Shown here: one piece after another, positions 28,459-38,723 of the stretch
Layout: every line of letters starts with the position of its first letter
Numbering within the stretch: position 1 is the first letter of the stretch
NCBI GenBank assembly: GCA_964544385.1
Contig: CAZJCR010000003.1
Location: 1-53,434, forward strand
DNA: 53,434 bases
Direction of reading: 5' to 3'
DNA from: an uncultured Bacteroidales bacterium
Lineage (GTDB): Bacteria > Bacteroidota > Bacteroidia > Bacteroidales > SZUA-534
Position numbers and translations under genes: made by a program
The notes under the pieces: model-generated
Seen by the model: the letters and a program-made list of their open reading frames with translations, nothing else
Databases searched by the model: none
What the model was told of the DNA's origin: nothing

Positions 28459-28486
28459 GCCCGGGTTTATATCCGGGCTTTTTTTT
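28459..28486 (+). terminator. Rho-independent terminator (overlaps the 3' end of the convergent membrane-protein gene)
   Basis: GCCCGGgtttatatCCGGGCtttttttt: 6-bp GC stem, 8-nt loop and 8 T. Confidence 0.75.
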
Positions 28487-29816
28487 GGGCTATTTGTTGC
28501 CGGTGGTTGCTTAATATAACTAAAAGTACTATGGCAAAAAAAGTAAGTACCGGCGACCGGTAACGTACCAAAGCACCAAAATTTGCTGTTGTAAGCCCTA
28601 CAAAAAACGCGAATGTTATTGAAAAAACAAATGCCGATAATAAAAACGGGTCGGTGTAAACCCGTTTAACAAAACCAAAAATACGGCAACATAACAATAC
28701 CCATATTGTTAGTAATAATATTATGCCGCTCTCAATAGCCGACAAAAGCATAAGCGGGTTTCGTACTTCCCAAAAAAACGGCCTGTAAATGCCCGATACC
28801 GATGCAATTGGAAACTTGCTCAAAATGCCTTGTAAGGTTGGTTCAAAACTACCTATATCAAAACTGTTGCCTCCGTAATACTCTTTGCTAAGGTCGCTTT
28901 GTATTATTTGTGCTGTTTCAAGCATCGAGTCGATACTTTGGTAACGTGCGCCAACCTGCGACCCGGTTTTAAATAATATAAAGGTGCCAGTTAAATAAAT
29001 TGTAAGCATAATTACCGGGAAAGCTATTGTTCGCAAAAAATTGCTTTTTATGCGGCTTAAATAATAAAAACCTAACCAAATAAGCGCGCTCCCGGTTGCA
29101 ACATAAAAAGTGTATGGCCTTATTGATATGGCAATGTATGACCAGACAATTAATATTATAATATTTGATAATATTTTTTTGCGTTCGATAAAAATGTTGT
29201 TGGCACAAATAAAAATGTAAAAAGTAGCAATAAGGCACCAGCCGTCTTTTAATATTCCCGAGCTCCAAAAAACAATACTTGGCATAAACAGAACTGCAAT
29301 TGCCAAAAGTTTTTTTTGCTTTGGGTAAAAGCCTGCTACTAACCTGTAAAAGTGCCATATACCTAAATACCAAAAAACATTAACAACAATTGTGTTACCA
29401 ATATAACTACCAAAACTAATAAGGTAAAAAAGGTAATTAAACCTGCTAACAGCAAACGACAAGGGGTCGCGGAAGTAAACAGGGTATCCGGTATTTATGT
29501 CGAACATGCTGGCAACCTCGGGTGTGTGTATACCAGCCATTAGTTTAATAAATGTTGGAAAATGCTTAACCGCCATGCGGTTTATTGATTGCGAGCCCAA
29601 ATAATAATATACGGTATCGCCACCGCCATAATAATATAAGTAAACGTATGTAAAAAACAGGCCGCCAAATATTTTTAAAAATAAACCGGTTGTAAAGTAT
29701 TTATACTCGGGGTTAAGGTCAATGTTTTTGTTTACAGTTTTACGTGCCCAAAAGTAAACTATAATTATGTACAGTGGTGCTATTATTATGTCGGTTGACG
29801 ATAAAATATCTAACAT
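28467..29816 (-). CDS. Hypothetical polytopic membrane protein (about 12 TM, Wzy/GT-C-like appearance, family not recognised)
   Basis: 449-aa ORF, very hydrophobic and rich in aromatic residues. No motif I can name. Confidence 0.5.
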   Translation of the reverse strand: MLDILSSTDIIIAPLYIIIVYFWARKTVNKNIDLNPEYKYFTTGLFLKIFGGLFFTYVYLYYYGGGDTVYYYLGSQSINRMAVKHFPTFIKLMAGIHTPEVASMFDINTGYPVYFRDPLSFAVSRFNYLFYLISFGSYIGNTIVVNVFWYLGIWHFYRLVAGFYPKQKKLLAIAVLFMPSIVFWSSGILKDGWCLIATFYIFICANNIFIERKKILSNIIILIVWSYIAISIRPYTFYVATGSALIWLGFYYLSRIKSNFLRTIAFPVIMLTIYLTGTFILFKTGSQVGARYQSIDSMLETAQIIQSDLSKEYYGGNSFDIGSFEPTLQGILSKFPIASVSGIYRPFFWEVRNPLMLLSAIESGIILLLTIWVLLCCRIFGFVKRVYTDPFLLSAFVFSITFAFFVGLTTANFGALVRYRSPVLTFFAIVLLVILSNHRQQIAQKKARI

Positions 29817-29824
29817 AAAGTGTA

Positions 29825-30625
29825 TTAGTTATGCTCAAAAGTAATATTATAACCGCCAAATTTACGTATATTTAATACTTTACAATTATCGAATATTAAA
29901 TATTGCCCTTTTATTGCTGTTAAAACCCCTTCAATAACCGGGGTTTTATCAAAACTTAAACTATCAATTTTTTGCGGATAATTATTAACAGGATAATTAA
30001 TGCTTGTTATTGTATTATCTGTATAATAAAACTGTTTTAAATTTTGAGATAAATTTTCAAGAGCCGTTTTTTTTGCCTGAACAAGATTGTGATTTGCCGG
30101 TGCAGGTTGTTGTAACATTTTGCGCCAGTTAGTTTTGTCGGCAAAAACTTGTTTAAGTTCAACCTCAATAGCACCTGCCAGTTGGCGGTATGGTGTTTTT
30201 GCCAAAATTATTGCATATTGGGCACCTTGGTCAATCCATCGTTGATAAAGGTTTGTAACACGGGTAACACCAACTTTTATGTTACTTGTGTACGATAAGT
30301 AAACAATATGTTCAATAAGGTCGTTTGCTCGGCTCCATTCCATATCGCGCGATATACCCAGATGCGCCTGGTTAAGTTCGGGATTTATAACACTTGGGTC
30401 GGTTTCGGGTATAGTTATAAAACATTTGTAGCAATAGCCCTGGCCAAAACTTTTTTTTGTTTGTGCTCCACAGTGCAAGCAATTAATTTTATTACTAAAT
30501 GTTAATTTAACTGGCGAGTTTATAAATTGGTTTATGTTAATACTATTTTGCGATAATATAAAACTATAGCTTACCGGGTTTGTAAGCTGGCTTTCCATTT
30601 TTTTTAGTATACCTGTTATTTGCAC
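29825..30625 (-). CDS. Hypothetical zinc-ribbon protein, DUF2797-like
   Basis: 266 aa. N-terminal GILKKMESQLTNPVSYSF and a CLHCG...CYKC four-Cys cluster, which I recall as typical of DUF2797. From memory only. Confidence 0.45.
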   Translation of the reverse strand: MQITGILKKMESQLTNPVSYSFILSQNSININQFINSPVKLTFSNKINCLHCGAQTKKSFGQGYCYKCFITIPETDPSVINPELNQAHLGISRDMEWSRANDLIEHIVYLSYTSNIKVGVTRVTNLYQRWIDQGAQYAIILAKTPYRQLAGAIEVELKQVFADKTNWRKMLQQPAPANHNLVQAKKTALENLSQNLKQFYYTDNTITSINYPVNNYPQKIDSLSFDKTPVIEGVLTAIKGQYLIFDNCKVLNIRKFGGYNITFEHN

Positions 30626-30898
30626 TTTTTTTTGAATTTTTATTAATTGGTGTTTAATAATTATTCAATATTTTGAATAATTGATAGTAATAAATTAACG
30701 TAAAAATAGCATAAACAATTAAATTATAATTTTAATAATAAACATGTTAGGCAATATTAACGGTTTTTATTAGCCTTATAAATATCGATAAAGTTTTGAT
30801 TAACAAAAATAATATGGTTATAAAAAGCATAAAATAATTGATTAATATACTTTACTAATCAATTTAATTTTTTAATTTGCCTCTCAAATCAGGCATTA

Positions 30899-33658
30899 GT
30901 GAAACAAATGTTCATAATAAAACCAAAAGCTTTACTAATAATTATATTTAGTTTTGCTTTTTTAAATTTATTGTCAAATACTCCCGACAGCCTTTTACGG
31001 TTAGCCAAAAAAAATGAGGCTAACCGTGACTACATATATATTGAGCTGGCCCAGTATTATTTGCAAAAAAACGATTCAACGTGCCTTGAGTACGCTAATA
31101 AGGCTATTGAGCAAAAAATTATTGACAATAATTATCAAGTAAGTTTTGAGTCGAACACAATAATTGGCAATTACTATTTGCGAAACAATAAAAATAAAAA
31201 AGCCGAAAAATATTTTAATAACGCCTTAAGTTTTTCAGGAACACTGTCACAAAAATCGCAAACCTATGTATATTTAGCCCAAACAATGTTAAACATGGGC
31301 AACCCCTTACAGTCGCTCGAGTATTTAAGGCTTGCAAAAAATGGTGTCGATAATAACCATTTAGGTTTTTTAGTTTATTTAAACGAAGGTATAGCATACT
31401 ATAACTTAAACGATAAAAAAGCTGCCGAAACGCGATGGGAAAATGCCCTTAAAATGGCCGAAATGTCGGAAAGCAATAACGAGAAAGCTCAAATTTATTT
31501 TTACTATGGTCTTATTAAATTCGATAAACTGCAGTTTCCCGAATCGTTTTATTATGTAAGCCAAAGTATTGTAAATTATAAAACCGACACATTAAATACA
31601 ATATATGCATTAGGTTTTGCACTTATGGGCGATATATATTTACTGCAAAATAATGTAAAAAAAGCTGTTGCAGCATACAATCACGCCTATTCGGTATTTT
31701 TAGAGCTTGACCAAAAAGCCAATATTGCATTATTGGCAAATAAAATTGGTAACGCCAAGCTTAAAATGTTAAAATATACACAGGCTATAAACTGGTTTTT
31801 TAAGGTCGAGGCCGATAGTTTAAACGCCGGTACAACGCAAATTGTAAATTGTTATATAGGGCTTAGCCAGGCATATTTGGCAATAAACAATTTAAATGTT
31901 GCCCAAAAATATTTCGATAAAGCTATAGCTGTAAAAAATTTGTCGAAAAACACTATCGATTTATTTAATATTGAAATGCAACAAGCCAAATTACTGGCAT
32001 CAAAAAAAATATATAACCAGGCAGTTAAACATGCCAATAATGCATCAAACATAGCCGGCAAAACAGGTTCAATTAACCAGTTAGCGCAAGCATACCAGTT
32101 GTTATCCGACATATACTATGAACAGCGACAATACAAACTGTCGGCCGAAAGCCAAAAGTTAGCATACTCATTTATCGACTCGCTTAATAATTGCCTGCAT
32201 AACGACGAAATTAGGTACATACAAAACCAACACGAGGCAAACTATCAAAAACAGGTTATCGACATACTTACAATGGAAAAGAACGCCGCCAGTGTTGACC
32301 TTGAAAGCAGTAAAGCTGTTATTGAAAAACAAAAAGGATTTGTATATTTTGCTTTAGCCATGTTTTTATTAATAGTTATAACCGTTATTGTACTACTACT
32401 ATGGTTAAATCAAAAACGTAAAGCTCATAACCTGTTAGTTGCCAGCAATAAACAAATTGCCCAGCAAAAAGAAGAGATTGAGGTTCAACGACAATATTTA
32501 CTCGATATTAATGCCGAACTCGAAAAACTGTCGATTGTTGCCCGCGAAACATACAATGGTATTAAAATACTTAACGATAAAGGTAAAGTATTGTGGATTA
32601 ACGAAGGCTATACCCGCATGTATGGCTACAGGCTCGACGAAGTACAGGCAATTGACAATTTAATGTATGTTAACAAAGATGCCAATGTTGATATAAACCA
32701 GCTTGTAAACGTTTGGTATGGCGACAAAAAGCCAATATCGTTCGAATCGAAAAATACTACAAAACAAGGACACGAAATTTGGGTGCAAACAACCCTTACG
32801 CCTATACTCGATTCGAAAGGTAAAATTGACAAAATGATTGCCATTGATACCGATATAACACAACTTAAAATTGCCGAAGAAGAGATAAGGGTTAAAAACT
32901 TTGATATTACATCGAGCATTAGCTATGCAAAACGAATTCAAGAGGCAATGTTGTCGCCTTTTAATATTATTACCGAGCAGTATCCCGATAGTTTTTGCTT
33001 TTACAAACCAAAATCGATTGTTAGTGGCGATTTTTATTGGATGAGCAATAGGCACGGCCGCCTTATTATTGTTTGCGCCGACAGTACCGGGCATGGCGTT
33101 CCTGGCGCGTTTATGAGCCTTATAGGAATATCGTTTTTAAATAAAATAGTAAACGAAAAAGGGTTTGTGTCGCCATCGATAATATTAAACCGCCTGCGCA
33201 TGAACATTATTAGCCACCTGCACCAAACAGCATCGGAACATGTTGCCGGCGATGGAATGGACGTGTCGGTTATTAGTATTGACCAAAAAAATATGTTAAT
33301 GGAATATGCCGGTGCTATGAACCCTGTTTATGTTATTAGGCAAAATAACCTTATGGAGCTTAAACCCGACCGTATGCCGGTTGGCTTTTTTGATAATGAG
33401 AACAGGCCTTTTTCGTCGACAAGTATTAGCCTTAAACCAAACGACCAAATTGTTTTATTTACCGATGGTTATTACGACCAGTTTGGCGGAAACAGTAGCC
33501 AAAAAATGAAAAGCAGCAGGTTTAAAGAGATTATTATTAGCTGCGCCCATAAAACATCGGTGGAGCAACATAAAATTATTGAGTCGTCGTTTGAAGACTG
33601 GCGCGGCAATAACCAACAGGTTGACGATGTACTTATTATGGGTATAAAAATTAATTAA
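30899..33658 (+). CDS. TPR - TM - coiled coil - PAS - PP2C/SpoIIE-type protein phosphatase
   Basis: 919 aa. N-terminal signal/TM, about 450 aa of TPR-like repeats, TM FVYFALAMFLLIVITVIVLLLWL, a PAS-like segment, then SGDFYW...CADSTGHGVPGAFMS...GDGMDV...FTDGYYDQFGG. Start is GTG 30899 or ATG 30908. Confidence 0.8.
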   Translation: MKQMFIIKPKALLIIIFSFAFLNLLSNTPDSLLRLAKKNEANRDYIYIELAQYYLQKNDSTCLEYANKAIEQKIIDNNYQVSFESNTIIGNYYLRNNKNKKAEKYFNNALSFSGTLSQKSQTYVYLAQTMLNMGNPLQSLEYLRLAKNGVDNNHLGFLVYLNEGIAYYNLNDKKAAETRWENALKMAEMSESNNEKAQIYFYYGLIKFDKLQFPESFYYVSQSIVNYKTDTLNTIYALGFALMGDIYLLQNNVKKAVAAYNHAYSVFLELDQKANIALLANKIGNAKLKMLKYTQAINWFFKVEADSLNAGTTQIVNCYIGLSQAYLAINNLNVAQKYFDKAIAVKNLSKNTIDLFNIEMQQAKLLASKKIYNQAVKHANNASNIAGKTGSINQLAQAYQLLSDIYYEQRQYKLSAESQKLAYSFIDSLNNCLHNDEIRYIQNQHEANYQKQVIDILTMEKNAASVDLESSKAVIEKQKGFVYFALAMFLLIVITVIVLLLWLNQKRKAHNLLVASNKQIAQQKEEIEVQRQYLLDINAELEKLSIVARETYNGIKILNDKGKVLWINEGYTRMYGYRLDEVQAIDNLMYVNKDANVDINQLVNVWYGDKKPISFESKNTTKQGHEIWVQTTLTPILDSKGKIDKMIAIDTDITQLKIAEEEIRVKNFDITSSISYAKRIQEAMLSPFNIITEQYPDSFCFYKPKSIVSGDFYWMSNRHGRLIIVCADSTGHGVPGAFMSLIGISFLNKIVNEKGFVSPSIILNRLRMNIISHLHQTASEHVAGDGMDVSVISIDQKNMLMEYAGAMNPVYVIRQNNLMELKPDRMPVGFFDNENRPFSSTSISLKPNDQIVLFTDGYYDQFGGNSSQKMKSSRFKEIIISCAHKTSVEQHKIIESSFEDWRGNNQQVDDVLIMGIKIN

Positions 33659-33660
33659 GG

Positions 33661-34383
33661 CTAATCGTTAAAAACCTGTTGCAATATACTGTACGATTTA
33701 AATGTGCTAAAATTTACCAAATACAGCTCAAATAAATTTACTAAACCGTTAAGCAAAACATTTTTATCGGCCGACAATAACTTAATTTGTTGCATTTGGT
33801 TATAATTTGCCGAGTAAAGTATTTCAAGGTTTTGAAAATCGCGTGGCGACAAATATTTTTTGTGGTTTGGTTCGTAAATAACCGGCAACCCGGTTTTTAA
33901 ATCGAGATAATTGTTTAAATGTAACGATGGTTGAGGTGCAAAACCTAAAAATTTTGCCAGTTTTGCCAAAAAAATAACATGAAACCAGTTAACCGAATCG
34001 TAAACTGCATCGAGCGATTGTATTGAACTGTATAAAAATTCAAAAAGCTGTTCGTCGGCCGACTCTTCGCGTAAGCTGTGATACAAAACATCGGCAATAA
34101 AAAGAGCTATTGCCGATTTATTTATATCGGTAGTTAAATACATTAATGGCGTATCGATACGATACTCTTTAATTTTTTGTATGTCGCGGTTATTTTTAAC
34201 ATACAATACCAAATCGGTTAAAAAAAGTGGTTGATAAAGGCCCGGTTTTTTGCCGTTTTTGCCATTTAAACCATACACCATTGCCGACAGTCGACCCATT
34301 TTTTGAGTGTACAGGTGTAATATTATCGATGTGTCGTTAAATTTTATTTGTTTAAGTATAATAGCTTTGGTAGTAACAAGCAT
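33661..34383 (-). CDS. recO: DNA repair protein RecO
   Basis: 240 aa. N-terminal OB-fold-like TKAIILKQIKFNDTSIILHLYTQKMGRLSAMV. Size and layout fit RecO. Confidence 0.75.
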   Translation of the reverse strand: MLVTTKAIILKQIKFNDTSIILHLYTQKMGRLSAMVYGLNGKNGKKPGLYQPLFLTDLVLYVKNNRDIQKIKEYRIDTPLMYLTTDINKSAIALFIADVLYHSLREESADEQLFEFLYSSIQSLDAVYDSVNWFHVIFLAKLAKFLGFAPQPSLHLNNYLDLKTGLPVIYEPNHKKYLSPRDFQNLEILYSANYNQMQQIKLLSADKNVLLNGLVNLFELYLVNFSTFKSYSILQQVFND

Positions 34384-34384
34384 A

Positions 34385-36673
34385 TTATTTTATAAATAGA
34401 ATTTTGGTAGTCTCGGTTTGCGTACCATCGGGGTTGTTACACAAAACAGTATAAATGCCCGAGCTTACTTTTCGGTTTTGCATATCGTAGCCGTTCCAAA
34501 CAGCGTCGCCACCATTACTGGTAGTTTCGTAAACAAGGTTGCCCGATAAATCGGTAATTTTAATGTTAGTGTTGTACATTAACCCGCGTATTGTAATAAA
34601 GCCGTTGTAACCAGGGCGCACAGGGTTTGGAAACGCGTAAACACCTGTAAAGCCTTCACGCGGCTCCGATGCGGTTGTCATATACGATTGTATGCCTTTG
34701 TCGGTGCCAATAAAAAGCTCGCCATTAATAGCGTTAAAAGCGAGCGATTTAATTGTGTTCGAGAATAGTTTCGATGAGTTTTCGGTAAACGATATAAGTT
34801 CTTCGCTCCCGTCGGCCGACACCAAAAATAGTCCGGCACCGTCGGTGCCAAGCCATTTACGGTTTGCCCCATCAATAGCTATGCTTGTTACTTTTTTATT
34901 TTCGAGCAATGTTTTATAATAATTATCGACAATTAGCTGCGGCTGGCGCGCGTAAAATGCCTGGTTGCTGAGCACATTTTGGGGGTAATCGTAAATAATT
35001 ACTCCGTCTTCGGTACCTATCCAAATGCTACCGTTATGGTCCTGGGCAATGCTGTGGTAATTTGTGTTAAAACGTTCGTTTTTTTCGTTCGATGCAAAAA
35101 AATATTTGTATTGGTCGTCGCTTTCGTTTTCGGGTGTGTTGTTGTCGTTCCATACAAGAATGCCGTCGTCATGGTTGCTTATTGCCCAAAAGTCGCCGTT
35201 TTGGGTATATAAAAGCTTACCGGTTTCTTTTTGTATAAAGTTGCTACCATAATTAAGCGAGTACCATTTGTTGTCGGTTGTTTTAACTTTAATTGGTTTT
35301 TCGCTTCGCCGGTGCAAGCTCCATAAGTTACCATTTTTATCGATAGCCATTGAACTAACAAAAGGGTATTTATCGAACATGTCGGGGTTAGTTGCCTGGT
35401 TATAAACCTGAGTAACAATATTGTCGTTTACTTCAAAAATTCCGTATCCCCACGAACCTGCAAAATAGTGTTTGCTATTATAAGGGGCTATACAAACAAC
35501 ATCGCGAATTTTGTATAACTCGGTGTTTACGCGGTTATTTGTGCGCAAGTGATTCCATTGTTCGTTCTCAAAACTATAAACATTCGCGTGTAAATACGAG
35601 CTTATGCCCAACCTGTTATAATTACCCGGTGCCACAATCATAACATTATTAATGTTTTGCATTTCAAAAGCAGTTTCGCCTTGTGGTCCTTCGGGTTTCG
35701 GGTTTGCAAAATAATTATCGCCATAAGCTACCAGCGATACGTCGTCGCTGGCTATCCAATGGTTACCCTGGTTATCAATATCAACGTCGTTAATGTAGTA
35801 AGCCCCGCGGGTTTTTTCGAGCTGTAGTTGCTCGTTATAAACCGAGTAAGCATTAACGTAAGGCACAACAACAAGTTTGTTGTTAGTGTACCGCAGCGAT
35901 TTAATATTGTGCAGGGTATCGCCCAAAAACCTTTTCCAGTTTTGGCCATCAAAAGTGCTTAATGTACATAAAGTTGTATCGGTAAACGAGTTACAAACAA
36001 CTAAGTAGTTTTTAGTTGTTACTGCAAGGTAAAATTTGCAGGTGTCAAAAGGTACAGATGTAATTTTTTGCCAGTTGTTATAGTTGTTTAAAAAGGGGTT
36101 GTTTAGCTCGCCTTGCCAAATACCGTTATCGGTAAGGGCATAAATATTGTTGTTAAAAATTGCCGAAGCATTAATTTTTTTATAAGTACCGGCTTGGCCA
36201 ATAATGTATGTATCGGTAATTTCGTTTTTTGCAAGGTTAAAAACAACAATGCCAAACCCAGTTGACAAATAAGCAAAATTACCATTTGTGTTAATATGGT
36301 AAATGGCCTTGTCTGTCATTATGTTTTTGTCTTTTATGTCAGGAAAATTACGGCGGATATCGTCTTCAATAATGTCGATATTGCCATTGTTGTAGCCAAT
36401 AATAAGTTTATTGTTTTGTTTATTAAATGCAATATGGCCAATACCTAAATCCGATAATCCTAATATTTTTGATTTACGGTTAATTGTATTGTCGGTTTTA
36501 TTGTAATAAAACAATGCATATTTTGTTGCGCAATAAATAATGTTGTTGTTAACGGCAACATATTTTCCCTGATTATAAGGTAAGTGTTCGCGCCATGTGC
36601 CGGTAGGTATTTGGCCATTTGTGTTAATAAATAAAGCCGATATAAATGCCAATAATACAAGTTGTTTGGTCAT
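34385..36673 (-). CDS. porZ: Two-propeller surface protein with T9SS CTD, PorZ-like
   Basis: 762 aa with signal peptide. Repeated propeller blades (two-component-regulator propeller type). C-terminal VYAFPNPVRPGYNGFITIRGL...KITDLSGNLVYE...SGIYTVL. Size (P. gingivalis PorZ is about 776 aa) and architecture fit PorZ. Confidence 0.55.
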   Translation of the reverse strand: MTKQLVLLAFISALFINTNGQIPTGTWREHLPYNQGKYVAVNNNIIYCATKYALFYYNKTDNTINRKSKILGLSDLGIGHIAFNKQNNKLIIGYNNGNIDIIEDDIRRNFPDIKDKNIMTDKAIYHINTNGNFAYLSTGFGIVVFNLAKNEITDTYIIGQAGTYKKINASAIFNNNIYALTDNGIWQGELNNPFLNNYNNWQKITSVPFDTCKFYLAVTTKNYLVVCNSFTDTTLCTLSTFDGQNWKRFLGDTLHNIKSLRYTNNKLVVVPYVNAYSVYNEQLQLEKTRGAYYINDVDIDNQGNHWIASDDVSLVAYGDNYFANPKPEGPQGETAFEMQNINNVMIVAPGNYNRLGISSYLHANVYSFENEQWNHLRTNNRVNTELYKIRDVVCIAPYNSKHYFAGSWGYGIFEVNDNIVTQVYNQATNPDMFDKYPFVSSMAIDKNGNLWSLHRRSEKPIKVKTTDNKWYSLNYGSNFIQKETGKLLYTQNGDFWAISNHDDGILVWNDNNTPENESDDQYKYFFASNEKNERFNTNYHSIAQDHNGSIWIGTEDGVIIYDYPQNVLSNQAFYARQPQLIVDNYYKTLLENKKVTSIAIDGANRKWLGTDGAGLFLVSADGSEELISFTENSSKLFSNTIKSLAFNAINGELFIGTDKGIQSYMTTASEPREGFTGVYAFPNPVRPGYNGFITIRGLMYNTNIKITDLSGNLVYETTSNGGDAVWNGYDMQNRKVSSGIYTVLCNNPDGTQTETTKILFIK

Positions 36674-36753
36674 ATAAAATTATTTATGTCCTAATTTTGG
36701 TTATTTTGAACGTGTTTATATCAATAAACTTGAATTATTGTAAATTATTTTAT

Positions 36754-37335
36754 TTACAGTTGAGTTTTTAAAAATTCGACTAATTTGTTGACAGCAATAG
36801 CCCTGTGGCTAATTTTGTTCTTAATTTCGACAGGCATTTGTGCAAAAGTTTGCCGGTAGCCATCGGGTATAAAAATGGGGTCGTAGCCAAAACCAAGGTT
36901 TCCGGTTGGTTTTTCAATTATTTCGCCATTAACTATACCTTCGAAAAAATATTTTTGGTTATTAAAAATAAGGCAAATAACAGTACGGAAACGGGCTTTA
37001 CGGTTCGATACGCCCCAAAGTTCGTCGAGTACTTTTTTTGTGTTATCGGCAGAATTTTTTTGAGGTCCGGCATATCGTGCCGAGTAAACGCCAGGTTCGC
37101 CATCAAGTGCTTCAATCTCTAAGCCGGTATCGTCGGCAAAAACATTGGTTTTTAGTTTTTGATAAAGGTATTCGGCTTTTTGTTCGGCGTTGCCTTGTAA
37201 TGTTTCCGATGTTTCGGGAATATCGGTGGTAATGCCAAATTGTTCAATAGTTTTAATGTCAAAACTATTGCCGAGTAATTGTTTAACCTCGGTAAGTTTA
37301 TGCTGGTTGTTAGTTGCAAATACTAATTGATGCAT
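36754..37335 (-). CDS. rdgB: Non-canonical purine NTP pyrophosphatase (dITP/XTP)
   Basis: 193 aa: LVFATNNQHKLTEV...DDTGLEIEALDGEPGVYSARYAG...GFGYDPIF. Confidence 0.9.
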   Translation of the reverse strand: MHQLVFATNNQHKLTEVKQLLGNSFDIKTIEQFGITTDIPETSETLQGNAEQKAEYLYQKLKTNVFADDTGLEIEALDGEPGVYSARYAGPQKNSADNTKKVLDELWGVSNRKARFRTVICLIFNNQKYFFEGIVNGEIIEKPTGNLGFGYDPIFIPDGYRQTFAQMPVEIKNKISHRAIAVNKLVEFLKTQL

Positions 37336-37373
37336 TATAATTTAGTTTGTGTAAAAACCATATTAAATGGTTT

Positions 37374-38687
37374 TTACCTGAATAATTTAATAATATCGTT
37401 GCCGTTGGCAAAAATTAGCAGTGCCAATATTATAAAAAGGCCAACCATTTGCGAGTATTCTAAAAATTTGTCGCTGGGTTTACGTCGTGTAATTATTTCG
37501 TAAACTAAAAACAGCACATGCCCGCCGTCGAGTGCAGGTATGGGTAAAATATTAATAACGCCTAACATTATTGACAAAAGTCCTGTAAGCGACCAAAACG
37601 ACTGCCAGTCCCACTGCGATGGAAAAATGTTGCCTATCGATATAAAACCGCCAACCGACTCGTATGCTTTTGTTTCGGGATTAAAAATTAGTTTGAACTG
37701 TTTTAAGTAATCTTTACCTGTTTTTATGGCTTTTTTAATGCCTGCCGGTATAGCAGCTATAAACGAGTATTCTTTTTTCTCAAAATTAAAACCTTTCTCG
37801 TAGTCGGGAACCGCACCTATTAATCCCGATTGGGGTATTGCAACGGCAATTTTAAGGTTTTGGTTGTTACGTTCAACCCAAATGTTAACAGTTTTGTTTT
37901 TATAATTGCCAATAATAGCCCTAAACTGGTCAAAATATGGTGCTGGTATAGTATCGATGCCAACAATGCGGTCGCCTGGTAAAAGGCCGTAATCGCGCCC
38001 GGCCGACTCGTTAACAAACCTTGAAATGTAAAAAGGTGTACGGGGCACAATAAATGAACCGCGCTGAATTAGTTTGGGTATAAGTTCTTTAGGTACTTCT
38101 ATATCAATTTTTTGGTTATCGCGTTCAACCTGAATTGTTTTTGCATCGTTAAGCAATAAGTATGCGGTAATTTCGCTAAATCGTTCAATTTCAACATTGT
38201 CGATGCTTAAAAATTTATCGCCATGTTTAAGGCCAATCTCAAGTGCTGCCGAGTCGCAAACAATGCCGTATTGCATGTTTTTTACAGGCAGGTACTCTTC
38301 GCCCCAAACTTTAAGTACCGATGCGTAAATAATAATTGCCAAAATAAGGTTGAATAAAACGCCGCCAATCATTATAAGCAAACGTTGCCAGGCTGGTTTC
38401 GACCTAAATTCGTCGGGTTTTGGTTCCTGTTTCATTTGTTCAAGGTCCATCGATTCGTCAATCATACCGGCAATTTTAACATAGCCACCCAAAGGCAGCC
38501 AACCAATTCCGTATTCGGTATCGCCTTTTTTAAATTTAAAGATAGAGAACCAGGGATCGAAAAAGAGGTAAAATTTTTCGACACGTGTTTTAAACATTTT
38601 TGCAAACATAAAGTGCCCAAACTCGTGTACTATTACTAATATCGATAAGCTTAAAAATAATTGTGCAATTTTTATAACTATTTCCAT
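37374..38687 (-). CDS. rseP: RIP zinc metalloprotease RseP (site-2 protease)
   Basis: 437 aa: HEFGHF motif at the N-terminus, PDZ segments, and a C-terminal NILPIPALDGGH. Confidence 0.9.
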   Translation of the reverse strand: MEIVIKIAQLFLSLSILVIVHEFGHFMFAKMFKTRVEKFYLFFDPWFSIFKFKKGDTEYGIGWLPLGGYVKIAGMIDESMDLEQMKQEPKPDEFRSKPAWQRLLIMIGGVLFNLILAIIIYASVLKVWGEEYLPVKNMQYGIVCDSAALEIGLKHGDKFLSIDNVEIERFSEITAYLLLNDAKTIQVERDNQKIDIEVPKELIPKLIQRGSFIVPRTPFYISRFVNESAGRDYGLLPGDRIVGIDTIPAPYFDQFRAIIGNYKNKTVNIWVERNNQNLKIAVAIPQSGLIGAVPDYEKGFNFEKKEYSFIAAIPAGIKKAIKTGKDYLKQFKLIFNPETKAYESVGGFISIGNIFPSQWDWQSFWSLTGLLSIMLGVINILPIPALDGGHVLFLVYEIITRRKPSDKFLEYSQMVGLFIILALLIFANGNDIIKLFR

Positions 38688-38723
38688 TTTTCAGTATTTA
38701 TAATGTGTGTTTGTTTTAATTAT

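Noticed and set aside
30661-30863. AT-rich perfect palindromes in the divergent promoter gap, considered as operator sites: ttattcaa-tatt-ttgaataa at 30661-30680, and attgatta/taatcaat at 30837-30863
   Set aside because: 8-bp A/T palindromes are expected fairly often by chance in a 273-nt region this AT-rich. There is no repetition elsewhere in the window and no adjacent regulator gene.
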